64,000 nucleotides of DNA from Negaprion brevirostris (taxonomy: Eukaryota): positions 58,811,879-58,875,878 of the forward strand of contig JARDVH010000059.1 of NCBI GenBank assembly GCA_030324005.1, written 5' to 3'. Every line of letters begins with the position of its first letter. The first letter of the stretch is position 1. Below are positions 40,001 through 52,060 of this stretch, one piece after another. A program made the position numbers and the translations under genes. Below the pieces are notes generated by a model. That model was not told where the DNA came from and ran no database searches. It saw only the letters and a program-made list of their open reading frames with translations.

Positions 40001-40122
40001 ACAATGTTATTGGCCAAACCACGTCTTCTGGGAATATCAGTCCAAACGGGGCTACAGTGAGTTCTGAAAAAGAGCCATTTTGTGAAAGACACAAGGCAAA
40101 GCTTGAAAAACACAATAAATAA
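34072..40122 (+). CDS. RP1: RP1 giant terminal exon (exon 4), interrupted by an artefactual gap at 38165-38264
   Basis: Long pyrimidine tract then gcag|GT, phase 1 matching exon 3. RP1-type blocks EDDIEKSVFMTEDGSITVEMKV, KVLLAWLAIMNL, GVYIEKGRWFLKENHLIR, YFNMSHGSDSEPF, LCGQYCPILT. TAA at 40120-40122. Collapsing the 30-bp overlap at the gap gives one ORF; total CDS 639+154+5921=6714 nt (2237 aa). Confidence 0.92.
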
Positions 40123-40289
40123 AAGGGAAAGCACCGTGAGTGAGGGGATTTATTCTGCATGGTTACAAGTATTGTCATTCCTCATGAATGGAAAATAGCA
40201 AAAGAAAGAATTCGGCTGAAATAATAATGCTTTCTGATCAATGCCAAAATAAGGTCCAGCCTTTGCAAAATAAAATTAGATGAAATAAA
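40114..40289 (+). terminator. Candidate polyadenylation signals after exon 4
   Basis: AATAAA at 40114 and 40118 (overlapping the stop), 40269 and 40284, with more downstream. The site actually used cannot be determined. Confidence 0.3.
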
Positions 40290-40416
40290 ATATTTCTTTC
40301 AGTAAATAGTTTGACAATTAATAACAAACTATTCCTCTTAAACACAAGGTGTACAGTAAAAGTTGTCAGGATTTTACAGAAGAATTTACTTTCTTGAGCA
40401 TTAGAGCAACCCAACC

Positions 40417-40547
40417 GGGCAGTACTGTGGCACAGAGGTTACTATTGCTGCCCCCTCAGCTCCAGGGACCCAGGTTCTATTCCGGCCTTGGGTGAGATGC
40501 AGTTTTAGAGAATTGATGCAGACTTGATGGGCCAAATAGCCTCCTTC
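40417..40547 (+). mobile_element. Internally deleted V-SINE
   Basis: tRNA head (GGGACCCAGGTTCTATTCC) joined to a TGCAGACTTGATGGGCCAAAT tail. Confidence 0.65.
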
Positions 40548-43009
40548 GTGGATCAATTAAAAATTGTGTTTCGATTTGCAATTAAAGTTTAGATTAAAAA
40601 TATAAAACCATGGCATTAATTTTGTGCTTTGAGTTTGCATTTTGTAAATATAAATGCTTCTAGTTATTAACATCAGAATGAATCATTGAACAGTCTTATT
40701 TGTTTGCACCCTCAAAATACTTAAACTTGTTTTGTTCTAGTGTACCGGCAAACAAGATCTGAACTTTATTGTTTGAGCAATTTCAACTTGTAGAGTGATC
40801 AGATTTCTTTACCTTTCCAGATATTTTTACATGATTTAGTCATTGTATTCTGTAGTAGCAGATTTGGTCATTTTCCCAAGGTTGTGCTTTTCAATTTGGT
40901 ACTTCAGGAAAGACGCATATAATCCAAACAGGATGTCCAGTAGTGAAAATTGACTGGCTAAGACATTGAGACAGTGTCATAAGGTGTAATCTGAACTCTC
41001 ATCATTACATAAGTATACTTATAAACCATGCTGAAGACATCCATATAGCTTCATAACTGCACCAATGTTTTGTTTCCTGCTTGACTTCTTGAATTCACCA
41101 TTGAACACTGACCTCCTGAAAATTGAATGATTGCAATACTATTTTCAAAATCTTTGATCTGAATTTTATTCCCTTTGGATTAAATACTTGATAAAGGCTG
41201 CTTGTGTTTTACTGGTAAATGAATATCCAGCCATCATCATAACCATTTTGTCCAAACTTATGTTTCAATATCGATTTCTATAATGCTGATGCTCAAAATT
41301 TTATCTGGTTTAATGTTAGGATGGTTGGAGAAATAAAGTTAACAGAATAAAGCACTGATGCTGGATATAACCCCCAATATCAAAGAGTCACTTACAGGCA
41401 CAAAATAAGAATAGTAAACTGTCAGTGTGGATTGCACATCTTCAAGCAATGATGTTACAGTATCAGGTGATTTCACTTAATTTGGTGTAAATTTCAATGT
41501 CAGGAGGAACTCGTAGATGGGGAAGAGTAGGGTTCCCGCCTCTAGCATAAAAATGAGGTGCCCGATTGCACCTGCTTTGTTGGCTCACTTTGCAACCATT
41601 TATTTACCATTGGGCCATTAATCAGTTTGAGGCAGATCTTCTGCCCTCACTGATGTGTTACAGCATCCAATGTTGGAGGGATGGAAGTTGAATGTGTCTG
41701 AGAAAGGGCCACGATATCGACTGGTTGCCAGACTGGATGAGTTTAGAGAAATTTGGAGGGGTGAGGCCAAGAGGGATTTGTAAACAAAGGTGATCGTTTA
41801 CATAACTAAGGGTTAGTTCAGGTTGGAGTTGAGGGTTGATGGGTTAACACTACTTGCTGTGAGTTTGGATGTAGATAGTAAGATTTTGGGTGAGCTCAAG
41901 TTAAGGGAGCAAACAAGGCTGCTTGGCAAGTATTGGAGTCAACCAAGCCAGAGATAAGAAAGGTATATTTGAAGATCTCAGAAGCAGTTAAACCGAGATA
42001 GGAATGGAGACAGGTGCTGTTGTGAAGGTGGAAGTAGGGGTGGTCTTGTTGATAGGGAAGAAATGAGGTTGGAATTTCAGTTCAGAAGTGTGTGGGAGTT
42101 GTGAACAATCTGATTTTGTCAAAAAACCTCCAGTCTCTAATACACCCTCATAAATGAAGGGTTCATTTTATCAACTAAAAGACTAATTTCATATTTATCA
42201 TCTGTCGCATTGTAATATTAATTAGTCTGCTGTAATTAATAATGTTTTGGGAAAGGAAAATTTAACATTCCATGTGTCCATATGGTCTTTGCACTATTCA
42301 CCAAACAGCTCTGTTTGAAGCCCAAATTTCCAACATTCATAAACACACCTTTGGTGTACTTTAACAAGAAGAGAATGGATTTCATTGCACTTATTAATTT
42401 TGATCTGTTGCATCTAACATTAATGCATTAGCAACAAATCTATGACAAAGTAACTGTGGCTGAGCCAGTAAATGAATTCCACTTCTTGCCTGCGTTTATT
42501 GCTGTGATTACACCTGTATTCACATTCACATTCAGAAGAATACCTGTGCACGTTGAATATGTATAACTGTGATAACCTTGGGATATTTCACTATGTTAAA
42601 TACGCTATACAAATACAAGCTATTATTATTATTGCAGCAATATATTTTTACTTTCTGTCACTAGGGAAGCCAATAGGGATTTTTAAACATTCTGCCAGTT
42701 TCTGTTTGTACAATCTAAGTTAGTATGCAAGGTTAATTTTGAGCATTGATCTTTTAATTCTATGTTAAAATTGTTTGTTTCATTATCTTATGTCATAAAT
42801 TAAGAATTTATAATGTATTTGTCACAATATTAAACATAAAAATTGCTTTTAACTTTGTTCAACTGTCAACCTCAGGGCATTTGTATTCCTCTGATATGGA
42901 TTGTGAATTAAATAGTATACAATAAAAAAAAGCTTGTTATTATGTCAATTTCATTGGTATTTGAATGCAGTTGGCTTGTTATGTGATATACTATATTCAG
43001 CATAGTTAT

Positions 43010-43097
43010 GAGAATAGGGTCTGGGTGGGATTGTGGTCGGTGCAGACTCGATGGGCCTAATGGCCTCCTTCTGCACTGTAGGATTCTATGATTCTAT
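43010..43097 (+). mobile_element. V-SINE 3' tail fragment
   Basis: GGTGCAGACTCGATGGGCCTAATGGCCTCCTTCTGCACTGTAGGATTCTATGATTCTA. Confidence 0.7.
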
Positions 43098-43194
43098 AAA
43101 TGGCTGAATGCTGCAATTATTATTTAATCCTTCAAAACCATTTTTGCAAAGCCATGGTGTGTTGATGGAGTTGATTTTTAATATATTTTTTCAG

Positions 43195-43825
43195 GGGATG
43201 TGGGCGTTGCTGGNNNNNNNNNNNNNNNNNNNNNNNNNNNNNNNNNNNNNNNNNNNNNNNTGGTGGTGAGCTGCTCTCTTGAATCACTGCAGTCCATCTG
43301 GTGTAGGTATCCTCAGTGCCATTAGGGAGGATGTTCCAGGATATTGACCCAGTGATAGTGATGGGAGGATGATATAGATTCAAGTCAGCATGGCATGTTG
43401 CTTGGAGGGGAACTTCCAGCTGGTGGTGTTCCCTCGTATCTGTTGTCCTGTCCTTCCAGATAGCAGCATTTGTGGGTTTGGAAGGTGTTGTCTCATGAGC
43501 TTTGGTGAGTTCTTACAATGCACCTTATAAATGGTACACATGGCTGCCACTGTGTGTGTTGGTGGTGAAGGGAGCAAATGTCTGTGGACAGATTCCACTG
43601 AAGTGGGCTGCTGTGTTCCTGTTTGGTCTAAGGCTTCTTGAGTGTTTATGGAGTTGCTGTTATCCAGTGAAGTGGAGAATATTCCATCACACTTCTGACT
43701 TCTGTTTTGTAGGTGGTGGACAGGTGTTGAGAGTGAGGAGGTGAGTTACTTGCCACATGATTTGTAGCCCCTAACCTGCTCTTGTAGCCATCATATTTAT
43801 ATGGCTAGCCCTGTTCAGTTTCTGC
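43195..43825 (-). mobile_element. CR1-clade LINE 3' fragment
   Basis: HTVAAMCTIYKVHCKNSPKLMRQHLPNP; same family as 10583-10945. Confidence 0.8.
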
Positions 43826-44809
43826 TGTCTATGTCTTCAAAATTTCTATCCAGTTTTATATGTCTGGGTTTAAATAAAAGACCCCATAATGTGTTTACAC
43901 AATCCCTGATGATAGATGGCTTTATTTCATTATAAAAACATAACATGGTGCATACTGGTGGTTCAGCTCATGTGGTAGCCAGATTAAGTATAGATACAAC
44001 ATTAATAACCTCAGTGTGCTATATGGGATGTGATGGCATTCANNNNNNNNNNNNNNNNNNNNNNNNNNNNNNNNNNNNNNNNNNNNNNNNNNNNNNNNNN
44101 NNNNNNNNNNNNNNNNNNNNNNNNNNNNNNNNNNNNNNNNNNTATGGGATGTGATGGCATTCAACGTTTTGCTTATTCCGCAACAAGTTTGCAGCGTCAG
44201 AGGGTGTTGAGAACACAGAACAATGATTGCATAGAGAAGCTTCGAAGCCACAGGCTTGGATAGCACTCTAATAAAGACATGGTAAGCAGACAGATTCCTC
44301 ATGTTGAGATTGTAGTCCGGAGTCTGTCAGTTCAGTGAGTGCATCAAGAGGACCAGCACCAGGTTAGATTCGTCACAAAAAGTGAGGGCCCAGAGTGATT
44401 GTGAATCAGGTGGATCCAAACAAAAAGTGAAGCAAAAACCCTCATTAAAATTGGGCCAAAGCCAGAGAAGGGTTCCATAATAACAGGAAGAATGTGGATA
44501 AAGTGAGCAAAAAAGGCTTCAGCGACAACTGTCCTTCAGGAAAAAAAAGGTCAAAGAGACAATGACCATAACTCTCAACCTCTGGGGTGTCATGCCTGGG
44601 GCTGGTGGGTGGTGGAGTGCTGAACTGTATTCCCCTCTGGAAGCCCCCAAGAAAGGATTGCACAACAATTGCTCAGGAGGTTCAACTGGCCTGACTGGAA
44701 ACCAGCCGATATTCCAATTTAAGTGACAGTCTTCAGATGGTTCAGACTATCCCTCAGAAATAGATACTCAGGAAAGTTAGGGTAGCTAACTTTCTGGGTA
44801 GCTATCGTA

Positions 44810-45240
44810 TTAACACCCCAAACTCCACATCTCTCTGTGACACCCCTCCACTATTCTCCCATCACTCCCACTGCATCCCTAGCTCCCTAACTACACCCAA
44901 AACCACACGAGACCCTCAACTATGCCCCCACCACCATGAATACCCCCAACAATCCCCAAGAGGAATCCAACTACCCTTCCCTCCAACCCTTCCACCAGAC
45001 ATCCCTACCACACTACCCTCCCGAACACTTGGGACCCTCACCTCCCATTGAACCTTCCACTGCCCTGACTACCCTCAGCAACCAATTCCTACCATACTGA
45101 TCACCCCTGTTCACTGATCATTAGCCTCTTTGCCTCACAGTACAGCCCCACTGACTACCTGACCCCTCCTCTCGATCCACCTTATCCACACATCCTGTTC
45201 CCATCATCCTTCTGTTCCTCCGTTTTCCCATCATTGTGTC
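44810..45240 (+). repeat. C/A-rich degenerate low-complexity tract
   Basis: Recurrent ACTACCC / CCCTCC units. Confidence 0.6.
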
Positions 45241-45937
45241 ATTTTGCGATTTGTTCTGGCATGTCTGACTTGATTCTGATCATGATCTTCCTGCACTTAG
45301 TCATTTTTGGGATTTTCCACTGGTTTAGAGAGGAGAGGGGCCTTAACACACGTGCAGGCCCGGAGTTGCAGAGATCAGTGCCTTTTTAAAAGTGAAATGG
45401 AAGATCCCCCACTTAGACATTATGAGCCCCTCTCATTGACGGCATGGGTCGCGATTGCCATTCCATATGGCCCATTGTCAAAATGTCCTCAAATTTCACC
45501 AGAGCTACTAGTCAAATGCAAAATGTTTAAAGAACATACAAAGTTTCAGTTTCTTCATTCAGGTGTTACTGAAATAGAGAAGCAAGCCTAGAAAATTCAC
45601 CTGGCAATTGGGAGTGATGATCTCCACAAGTTGAACACATTAGAATTAACAGCAGAAGAGCTAATGAATCCAAACCACCCACTGGAAGACAAGCTCAGAA
45701 TCAGGTTAAAATTCTGCGTTCATCAACCTGAGTTCATGTCATTTGACAGAAGTCTATAGGATCCACAGATTGCTTTGTCAGCAGATGCAGAGTTAAAGAT
45801 AACTCCTGTGGTTTTCCAAACGCAGAGCCAGCAGACAGACTTGTTGATCTGGTGATCACATCAACTCCCATAGATTCATTCTAGGGAGATCTCCAAGACA
45901 AGTCCCAAACAAATAGTACTGAAGAGCTACCGTGGAT

Positions 45938-46272
45938 AAGAACATAAGAACATAAGAACATAAGAAATAGGAGCAGGAGTAGGCCATGTAGCCCTTCGAG
46001 CCTGCCCCGNNNNNNNNNNNNNNNCCAGGGACCCAGGGTCAATTCCATCTTTGGATGACTGTGTGAAGTTTAAAAGTTCTCCCCATGTTTATGTGGATTT
46101 CCTTCAGGTGCTCCGGTTTCTTCCCAAAGGCAAGAGATGTGCAAGTTAGGTGGATTGGCCATAGTAAATTTCTAGGGCAGGGGAGGGGGCCTGGGTATGA
46201 TATTCCATCAGAGAGTCAGTGCAGATTTGGGTCAGATGGTCTCTTCTGTGCGGAGCTACTATACTTCTATGA
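45938..46272. mobile_element. CR1 tail (minus, (AACATAAG)n) abutting a V-SINE (plus) across a short gap
   Basis: AAGAACATAAGAACATAAGAACATAAGAAATAGGAGCAGG, then CCAGGGACCCAGGGTCAATTCC..GTTAGGTGGATTGGCCAT. Confidence 0.75.
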
Positions 46273-46389
46273 AGTACAACACCAATTGCTAATGCAATCA
46301 TTTGAATACCCAAATCTGACATGACACATGGAAGATGCAACCTTTTGCGTGTATCAAGGAAATACCCAGCTTTCCATGAATTCTGTAAG

Positions 46390-47270
46390 GCATGTGGCAG
46401 AAAGGCAGTGCACTAGAGCAAAGATTGATGCAGCTACAAAGAGCCATGCATTAATCTAGACAGATTGTATACAACAGGTACCATCAAACAATTAGAATGA
46501 CTGTTGGGTATCTGATTAGAAATATATACATGGAGTGATTGACAAACCGTAAAACAACAATGATGTGCACCAAAAGACAGAGCAGTCAACAGATTTCACA
46601 ATGAGAATCTCATGGAAAACGTAGGTATAATTATACCATCCAAAATATTCGCCAAAATTCAGATCATCTGCCCTAAGGAAGTTGATAACTGCTCCTTATT
46701 GATCAAGATTGACACAGGGGCAAGTGTCAATATTCTAAGTGGATTCTAAAAGACATGAGTCAACATGGAAGGCCATGGTGAAATCTATTACTGTGAAGCT
46801 TTCCGTGTGCAACAGTTCACTAATTCCAAGTGCAGTATCCACAGCCCTGGAGTGTAAATGCCATTAATTTTTCTGAGTGTCACAAAAGACCCAGCAATTG
46901 TAGGTGAACTGACATGTTGTGAACTCACACTGGTGATACTAATAATTCTGATGAGAATCCACGCAATTGGCCAGACCTCATCCCTCAGATCAAGCTCAGG
47001 AATTACTCCCATCTCCTCAATTCATGAGCTAATATCAAAATACTTAGAAAGTTTTGATAAAATAAGCAGTTTCACGGGAGCTGCAACATCATGCTTGCAG
47101 TAGAATACAAGTCTGACAAGCACCCCAATACATTTTTGCCAACACAAATGCCAGCAGCTACAAGAAGAAACAGCTAAATATTCTACATGACAGAAACTGT
47201 GGAAAACCATCATCCAAGGATTACTTGATTCAATTCGATATCCACGAACATGTGAGAGCATTTTAGCCTC
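46390..47270 (+). mobile_element. Decayed LTR retrotransposon gag/protease region
   Basis: LLIKIDTGASVNIL aspartic protease motif at about 46696-46737; boundaries uncertain. Confidence 0.65.
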
Positions 47271-47459
47271 ATCTGGGCATCTCTGGGAGAGTCATTTTTA
47301 AAGGCAGATGGGTGGTCATACCAGAATCGTTGTGATCTGATAATCTTTAACAACTTCATTTTTCACATGTGCATAGATTTGCTGAGAAGATTCATAAAGG
47401 AGAGTCTATTAGCTGGATATGAACAATGATTTTGAAGTCATCTTCAAGTGTGATGTTAA

Positions 47460-48240
47460 GTTAAGAGCATAAAGAAACATAAAAACATGAAAAATGGGAA
47501 CAGGAGTCGACCAGTGAGCCTGCTTCACCATTCAGTGTGATTATGGCTGATCCTCTATCTTGACACCATACTTCTGCACTCTCACTACACCCCTTGACGC
47601 CTTTAGTGTCTAGAAATCTATATATTTCTTTCTTGAATACATTTAGTGATTTGGCCTCCACAGCCTTCTGAGGTCGAGATTACCAAAGCTTCACCACTCT
47701 CTGAATGAAGACATTTCTCCTTATCTCAGTCCTAAATAGCCTACCCTATATTCTGAAAGTGTGACCCCTTGTTCCAGATCCTCCAGTCAGGGGGAAACAT
47801 TGTCCCTACGTCAAATCTTTCCAGTCCTGTTGGAATTTATACATTTTAATGTGATCTCTACTCTTTCTTCTGCACTCCAGTGAATACTTCTGCACTCTCT
47901 TTATGGAAAGTACATCTTTTTCACATATGGAGACTATAATTGCACACAATGCTCCAAATGTGATCTCACCAAGACCCCGTACAGCTGCAGTAAGACATCC
48001 TTGCTCCNNNNNNNNNNNNNNNNNNNNNNNNNNNNNNNNNNNNNNNNNNNNNNNNNNNNNNNNNNNNNNNNNNNNNNNNNNNNNNNNNNNNNNNNNNNNN
48101 NNNNNNNCTTGCTCCTGTACTCAAATCCTCCTGCAATGAAGCCAGAAATACAATTTGCCATCCTAAGTGCTTGTGCACCTGCATGCTTGCTTTCAATGAC
48201 TAGCGTTCAAGGACACCCATGACTCTTTTGTACATCAATG
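47460..48240 (-). mobile_element. CR1 LINE 3' end
   Basis: GFEYRSKDVLLQLYGVLVRSHLEHCVQ; EAKSLNVFKKEIYRFL. Confidence 0.85.
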
Positions 48241-48695
48241 TAATCTGGTTTATACCCAGCAAGGACATGAACCAAATTAGCATAATTAAATTCTCATTTA
48301 AAATGAAGATGGTCACTCAGTCCTCTCAGCTAATTCATTCCTATGAAGGACCCCGAACTGTGAATTATATTTTTAACCATCTTCAGTCTCATCTAAATCA
48401 GAGATGATTTTGAAGATCAAGATTGATGGTACCCAATCACTCTTACTGAATTACTTGCTCTCCTGTCCTGCTGTATTCTGTTGGGAGGGACATAGATATC
48501 ATCTTGGTGTCTCAACATAAAAATGGTTTATCATTGATATCTATAATTGGCATCCAAGCTACAAGTGACCATAGTTTAGTCAGAGATATTAGTCTCATTG
48601 TAATATCAGATTAATTTTGCAAGTAAAATATTTTACCTTTAGCATTATATTTTACACGCCTATGAAAATTAATTATATTCCTATTTTCACCATAG

Positions 48696-48856
48696 GTAAA
48701 TGGAAGGTAACTGTTTACACTAGTGACCTACCATCTGCAGGTACAACTGCTCAGGTTTATATCACATTCTATGGTGATGAGGGAAACTCGAAAGCTATTA
48801 TACTTCAAGGAAATTCAGAAGAAATGTTTCAGAGTGGTCAAGAGGACAGTTTCACC
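48696..48856 (+). CDS. RP1: PLAT/LH2 domain exon a (probable alternative RP1 3' exon)
   Basis: catag|GT acceptor, ACC|GTATGT donor; 161 nt, phase 1 to 0. KWKVTVYTSDLPSAGTTAQVYITFYGDEGNS..MFQSGQEDSFT is the classic PLAT N-terminal part. Confidence 0.85.
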
Positions 48857-49003
48857 GTATGTATTGACTAACTGTGATCTAATATTATGTTTCTCTCTTT
48901 CTCTCTCTGTCAACCTTTTGCACCTGACAGAGCATAGGTCAAAATTCTGTCTGTTTCTGCAGCTAATTATTCCTGGAGCAGGTCACAAGTCTGTTGCCAG
49001 GGG

Positions 49004-49005
<2 letters not shown>

Positions 49006-49036
<31 letters not shown>
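49006..49036 (+). repeat. (AC)15 microsatellite
   Basis: Perfect dinucleotide run. Confidence 0.95.
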
Positions 49037-49039
<3 letters not shown>

Positions 49040-49314
49040 GAATTGCTATATTCATCCCATTGTGATATTCAAAGTGGATCAGTATTTCTTTCCAATTAAT
49101 TTTCATAGGAAGGTTTCCCTAATATCATGAACTCATTGTACAGTTGGTGGGAAGTTAATTTTAATATATTTCATTCATTTCTTCACGTATTTATAAAAAT
49201 GCTCAATTCAGTTTCTTTCTTCCACATATATTTTAGTGGATACCAAAAGGTACATTTTGCTAATGCATCATCCTTGGGTGGAGTCATAATAGTTGGGAAC
49301 TCATGATAAAATTA

Positions 49315-50080
49315 TATAAGAACATAAGAAGTAGGAGCAGGAGTAGGCCATCTGGCCCCTCGAGCCTGCTCCGCCATTCAATAATATCATGGCTGATCTT
49401 TTTGTGGACTCNNNNNNNNNNNNNNNNNNNNNNNNNNNNNNNNNNNNNNNNNNNNNNNNNNNNNNNNNNNNNNNNNNNNNNNNNNNNNNNNNNNNNNNNN
49501 NNNNNNNNNNNNNNNNNNNNNNNNNNNNNNNNNNNNNNNNNNNNNNNNNNNNNNNNNNNNNNNNNNNNNNNNNNNNNNNNNNNNNNNNNNNNNNNNNNNG
49601 AATGGGCAAAAAAATTAGACCTGAAGATATAGGAGCAGAATTAGGCCATGTGGCCCATTGAGTTTGCTCCATCACTTAATCATTCTCCTGCTTTTTCCCC
49701 TAACCTTTGATCCCCTTACCAATCAAGAACCTATCTATTTCTGTCTTAAATGCACTTACTGACCTGTCCTCCACAGCCTTCTATGGCAATGAATTCCATA
49801 GATTCACTACCCTCTGGCTGAAGTAATTCCTCCTCATTTCAGTTCTAAAGGGCCACCCTTTATTCTGAGGCAGTGCCATTGGATCCTTGTCTTTTCTACT
49901 AATGGAAACGTCTCCCCCAGATCCAGTCTATCCAGGCCTTTCAGTATTCTGTAAGTTTCAAAGAGTTCCCCCTCATCCTTTTAAAACCCATTGAGTATAG
50001 ACCCAGAGTCCTCAATGCTCCTCAGACTTCAAGCCTTTAATTCCTGGGCTCATTCTCGTGAACCTTCTCTGGACCCTGTC
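49315..50080 (-). mobile_element. Two CR1 3' ends separated by a gap
   Basis: ATAAGAACATAAGAAGTAGGAGCAGGAGTAGGCC and ATAGGAGCAGAATTAGGCC..CTCCACAGCCTTC.. Confidence 0.8.
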
Positions 50081-51634
50081 CTGCAAAAATTGTGGAAACC
50101 ATCTTTGTGATTTACTGCGACCTGATAGGGGCACATATTTGAAAATGTATTCTTAACTGTTCATTTTTTTATCCAACATGCACAAAATCACAATTATTTT
50201 ACTGACCTTTTACCAGCTATGAAAGAACTATTTCTTAGTTTCTAATATAAAATTGGATATTTGTGACATTTTAGAAGTTCTCTGTTTCTATGACCTAATC
50301 ATCTGTAGAATTAACAGCTATTAATCAATTTTTGGAATGAATTGACCTTTCATTGCAACCTGAACCGTGCACTTTCCTTTTAATATCTTGGAAGGAAGTT
50401 TGTTCGAAATGATTCCCAAAATAGAAATATCTTGATAGATTCACAGAATTATTCATGGTCCAGAGAGTGGTAATTTAGCTCATCAGATCCCATGTTGGCT
50501 GTCTGTGGAAGAATCCAGTCAATTCCCACTCCCCATCCCTGCAAGCTTATATCCTTCAACTGCCTGGAGAATTTCCTTTCAAAATCAATGATCGTCTCAG
50601 CTTCCACCACCTTTATGGATTGTGAGTTCAAGATGGTTTGCTGCATAAAAAATGTTCCTCCTCACATTCCTGTATCCCTTTTCCAAAACCTTTTTCCCAA
50701 AGCCAGAATTTTACGTAAGGAATACAAGTGTGCGCCTGACGCAAATTTGTGCAAAATGATGCAAGGAAACGTGTCTTAATGTTATCATGCACATGAATGA
50801 TATAACGGTCAGCGGGTACTCATGAGAGCCAGAAGTGAGTTCCCCGACACTTAAGGGACTAATTCAGGCCATGAATTTACTAAATAAAAGTAATTTTATG
50901 TTACCCAAACAATTTTGCAGTTATTATGTAGGCAACACTGGCAGGCGGACAACAGGTTTTCCTCAAGTTCTCATCCAAAGTTGGATAAAAGCCCCCGAAG
51001 TGAAAGTTTTATTTAGAGCTCTTTGTTGTGATGACTTGAAAGGTTCCCCTGTGATTTCTGGTGCATTTCACCTGTGGATAGCTTTCTTTAGGAATACCTT
51101 TTCTTGCCACCTTTGTCTGAGGATTTCAGCAACGTGCACCCTTACATGACTTGTGCACTTCTGATCATGAGGATTGTATACTCAGCTGGTGGGACCTCCT
51201 CTGAAGGGACAGAAGAGAGGGCAGGGAGTGACAAGATGCCAGGTGACTGAAGGCAGTGTCCCAGGGAGCAACCTGAGGAAGGAGAGATGCGGGCAGAGGG
51301 AGTGCAGGGCCTGCAGGAAGTGCAAGGTGGACGGGTCCATGTGAGACACCACATGAAGTAGAACAAACTACCTTGGGCATTCTAGCTGTAAGGCATTCAT
51401 CTCTTAGCAGCTAAATTCCAGGAGATTGGGTTCCCTATTGCCAGTTCTTCGGCACCCTGCCACATTATCCCTTCCCTTTTTCTGAAAGTGAAGAACAGAT
51501 TTCATCATTAGGGCTCCCTTCCTCTGCAACACCATTTGAACCTGATCAGCCCCCTGAGAACTAAGCACAGGAGCTTGCCCTTTGGCCCTCCAAGCCTGCG
51601 CCAATCATGATGCCTGCATTAAATACGCATGCAT

Positions 51635-52060
51635 TTACGGAATCCATATCCTTCCACTCCCATCTATTCATGTATTCATCCAGATGCCCCTAAAATGCAG
51701 CTATCATACTTGGTCCCACCACCTCCCCAGGCACCATGTTCCATTCACCAGCCTCTATATAAAAACTTGCCCCACACGTCTTCTCTAAACTTTTCTCCAC
51801 ACACTTTAAACCTACGTCCCTTACTACTTGACTTTTCTATCCTAGTAAAAAGCGTCTGATTATCCAATGTGTCCTTGCCACACATAATCTTGTGAATCCC
51901 TAACAGGTCACCCCCCAACCTCCGTCATTCCAATGAGAACAAATCAAGTTTATCCAACCTCTCCTCACAGCTAAACCCTCCAGACCAGGCAACATCCTGG
52001 TAAACCTCTTCTGTACCCTCTTCAAAGCATCCAAATCATTCTGGTAGTGTGGCAACCAAT
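51635..52060 (-). mobile_element. CR1 LINE 3' fragment
   Basis: WLPHYQNDLDALKRVQKRFTRMLPGLEG. Confidence 0.85.

Noticed and set aside
38080-40122. 680-aa ORF as a separate gene, or RP1 as a frameshifted pseudogene
   Set aside because: The frame change is produced by the 100-N gap with a 30-bp duplicated overlap.
19055-40122. RP1L1, DCX, DCLK or DCDC2 identity
   Set aside because: There is no kinase domain. The giant exon carries C-terminal blocks I associate with RP1 (KENHL, HGSDSEPF, CGQ.CPILT), and PLAT exons follow. Phylogeny and synteny would confirm.
40131-40141. Donor-like ACC|GTGAGT just after the exon 4 stop as a link to the PLAT exons
   Set aside because: It lies 3' of the TAA, so it could not add PLAT coding sequence to the long-tail protein, and there is no evidence it is used.
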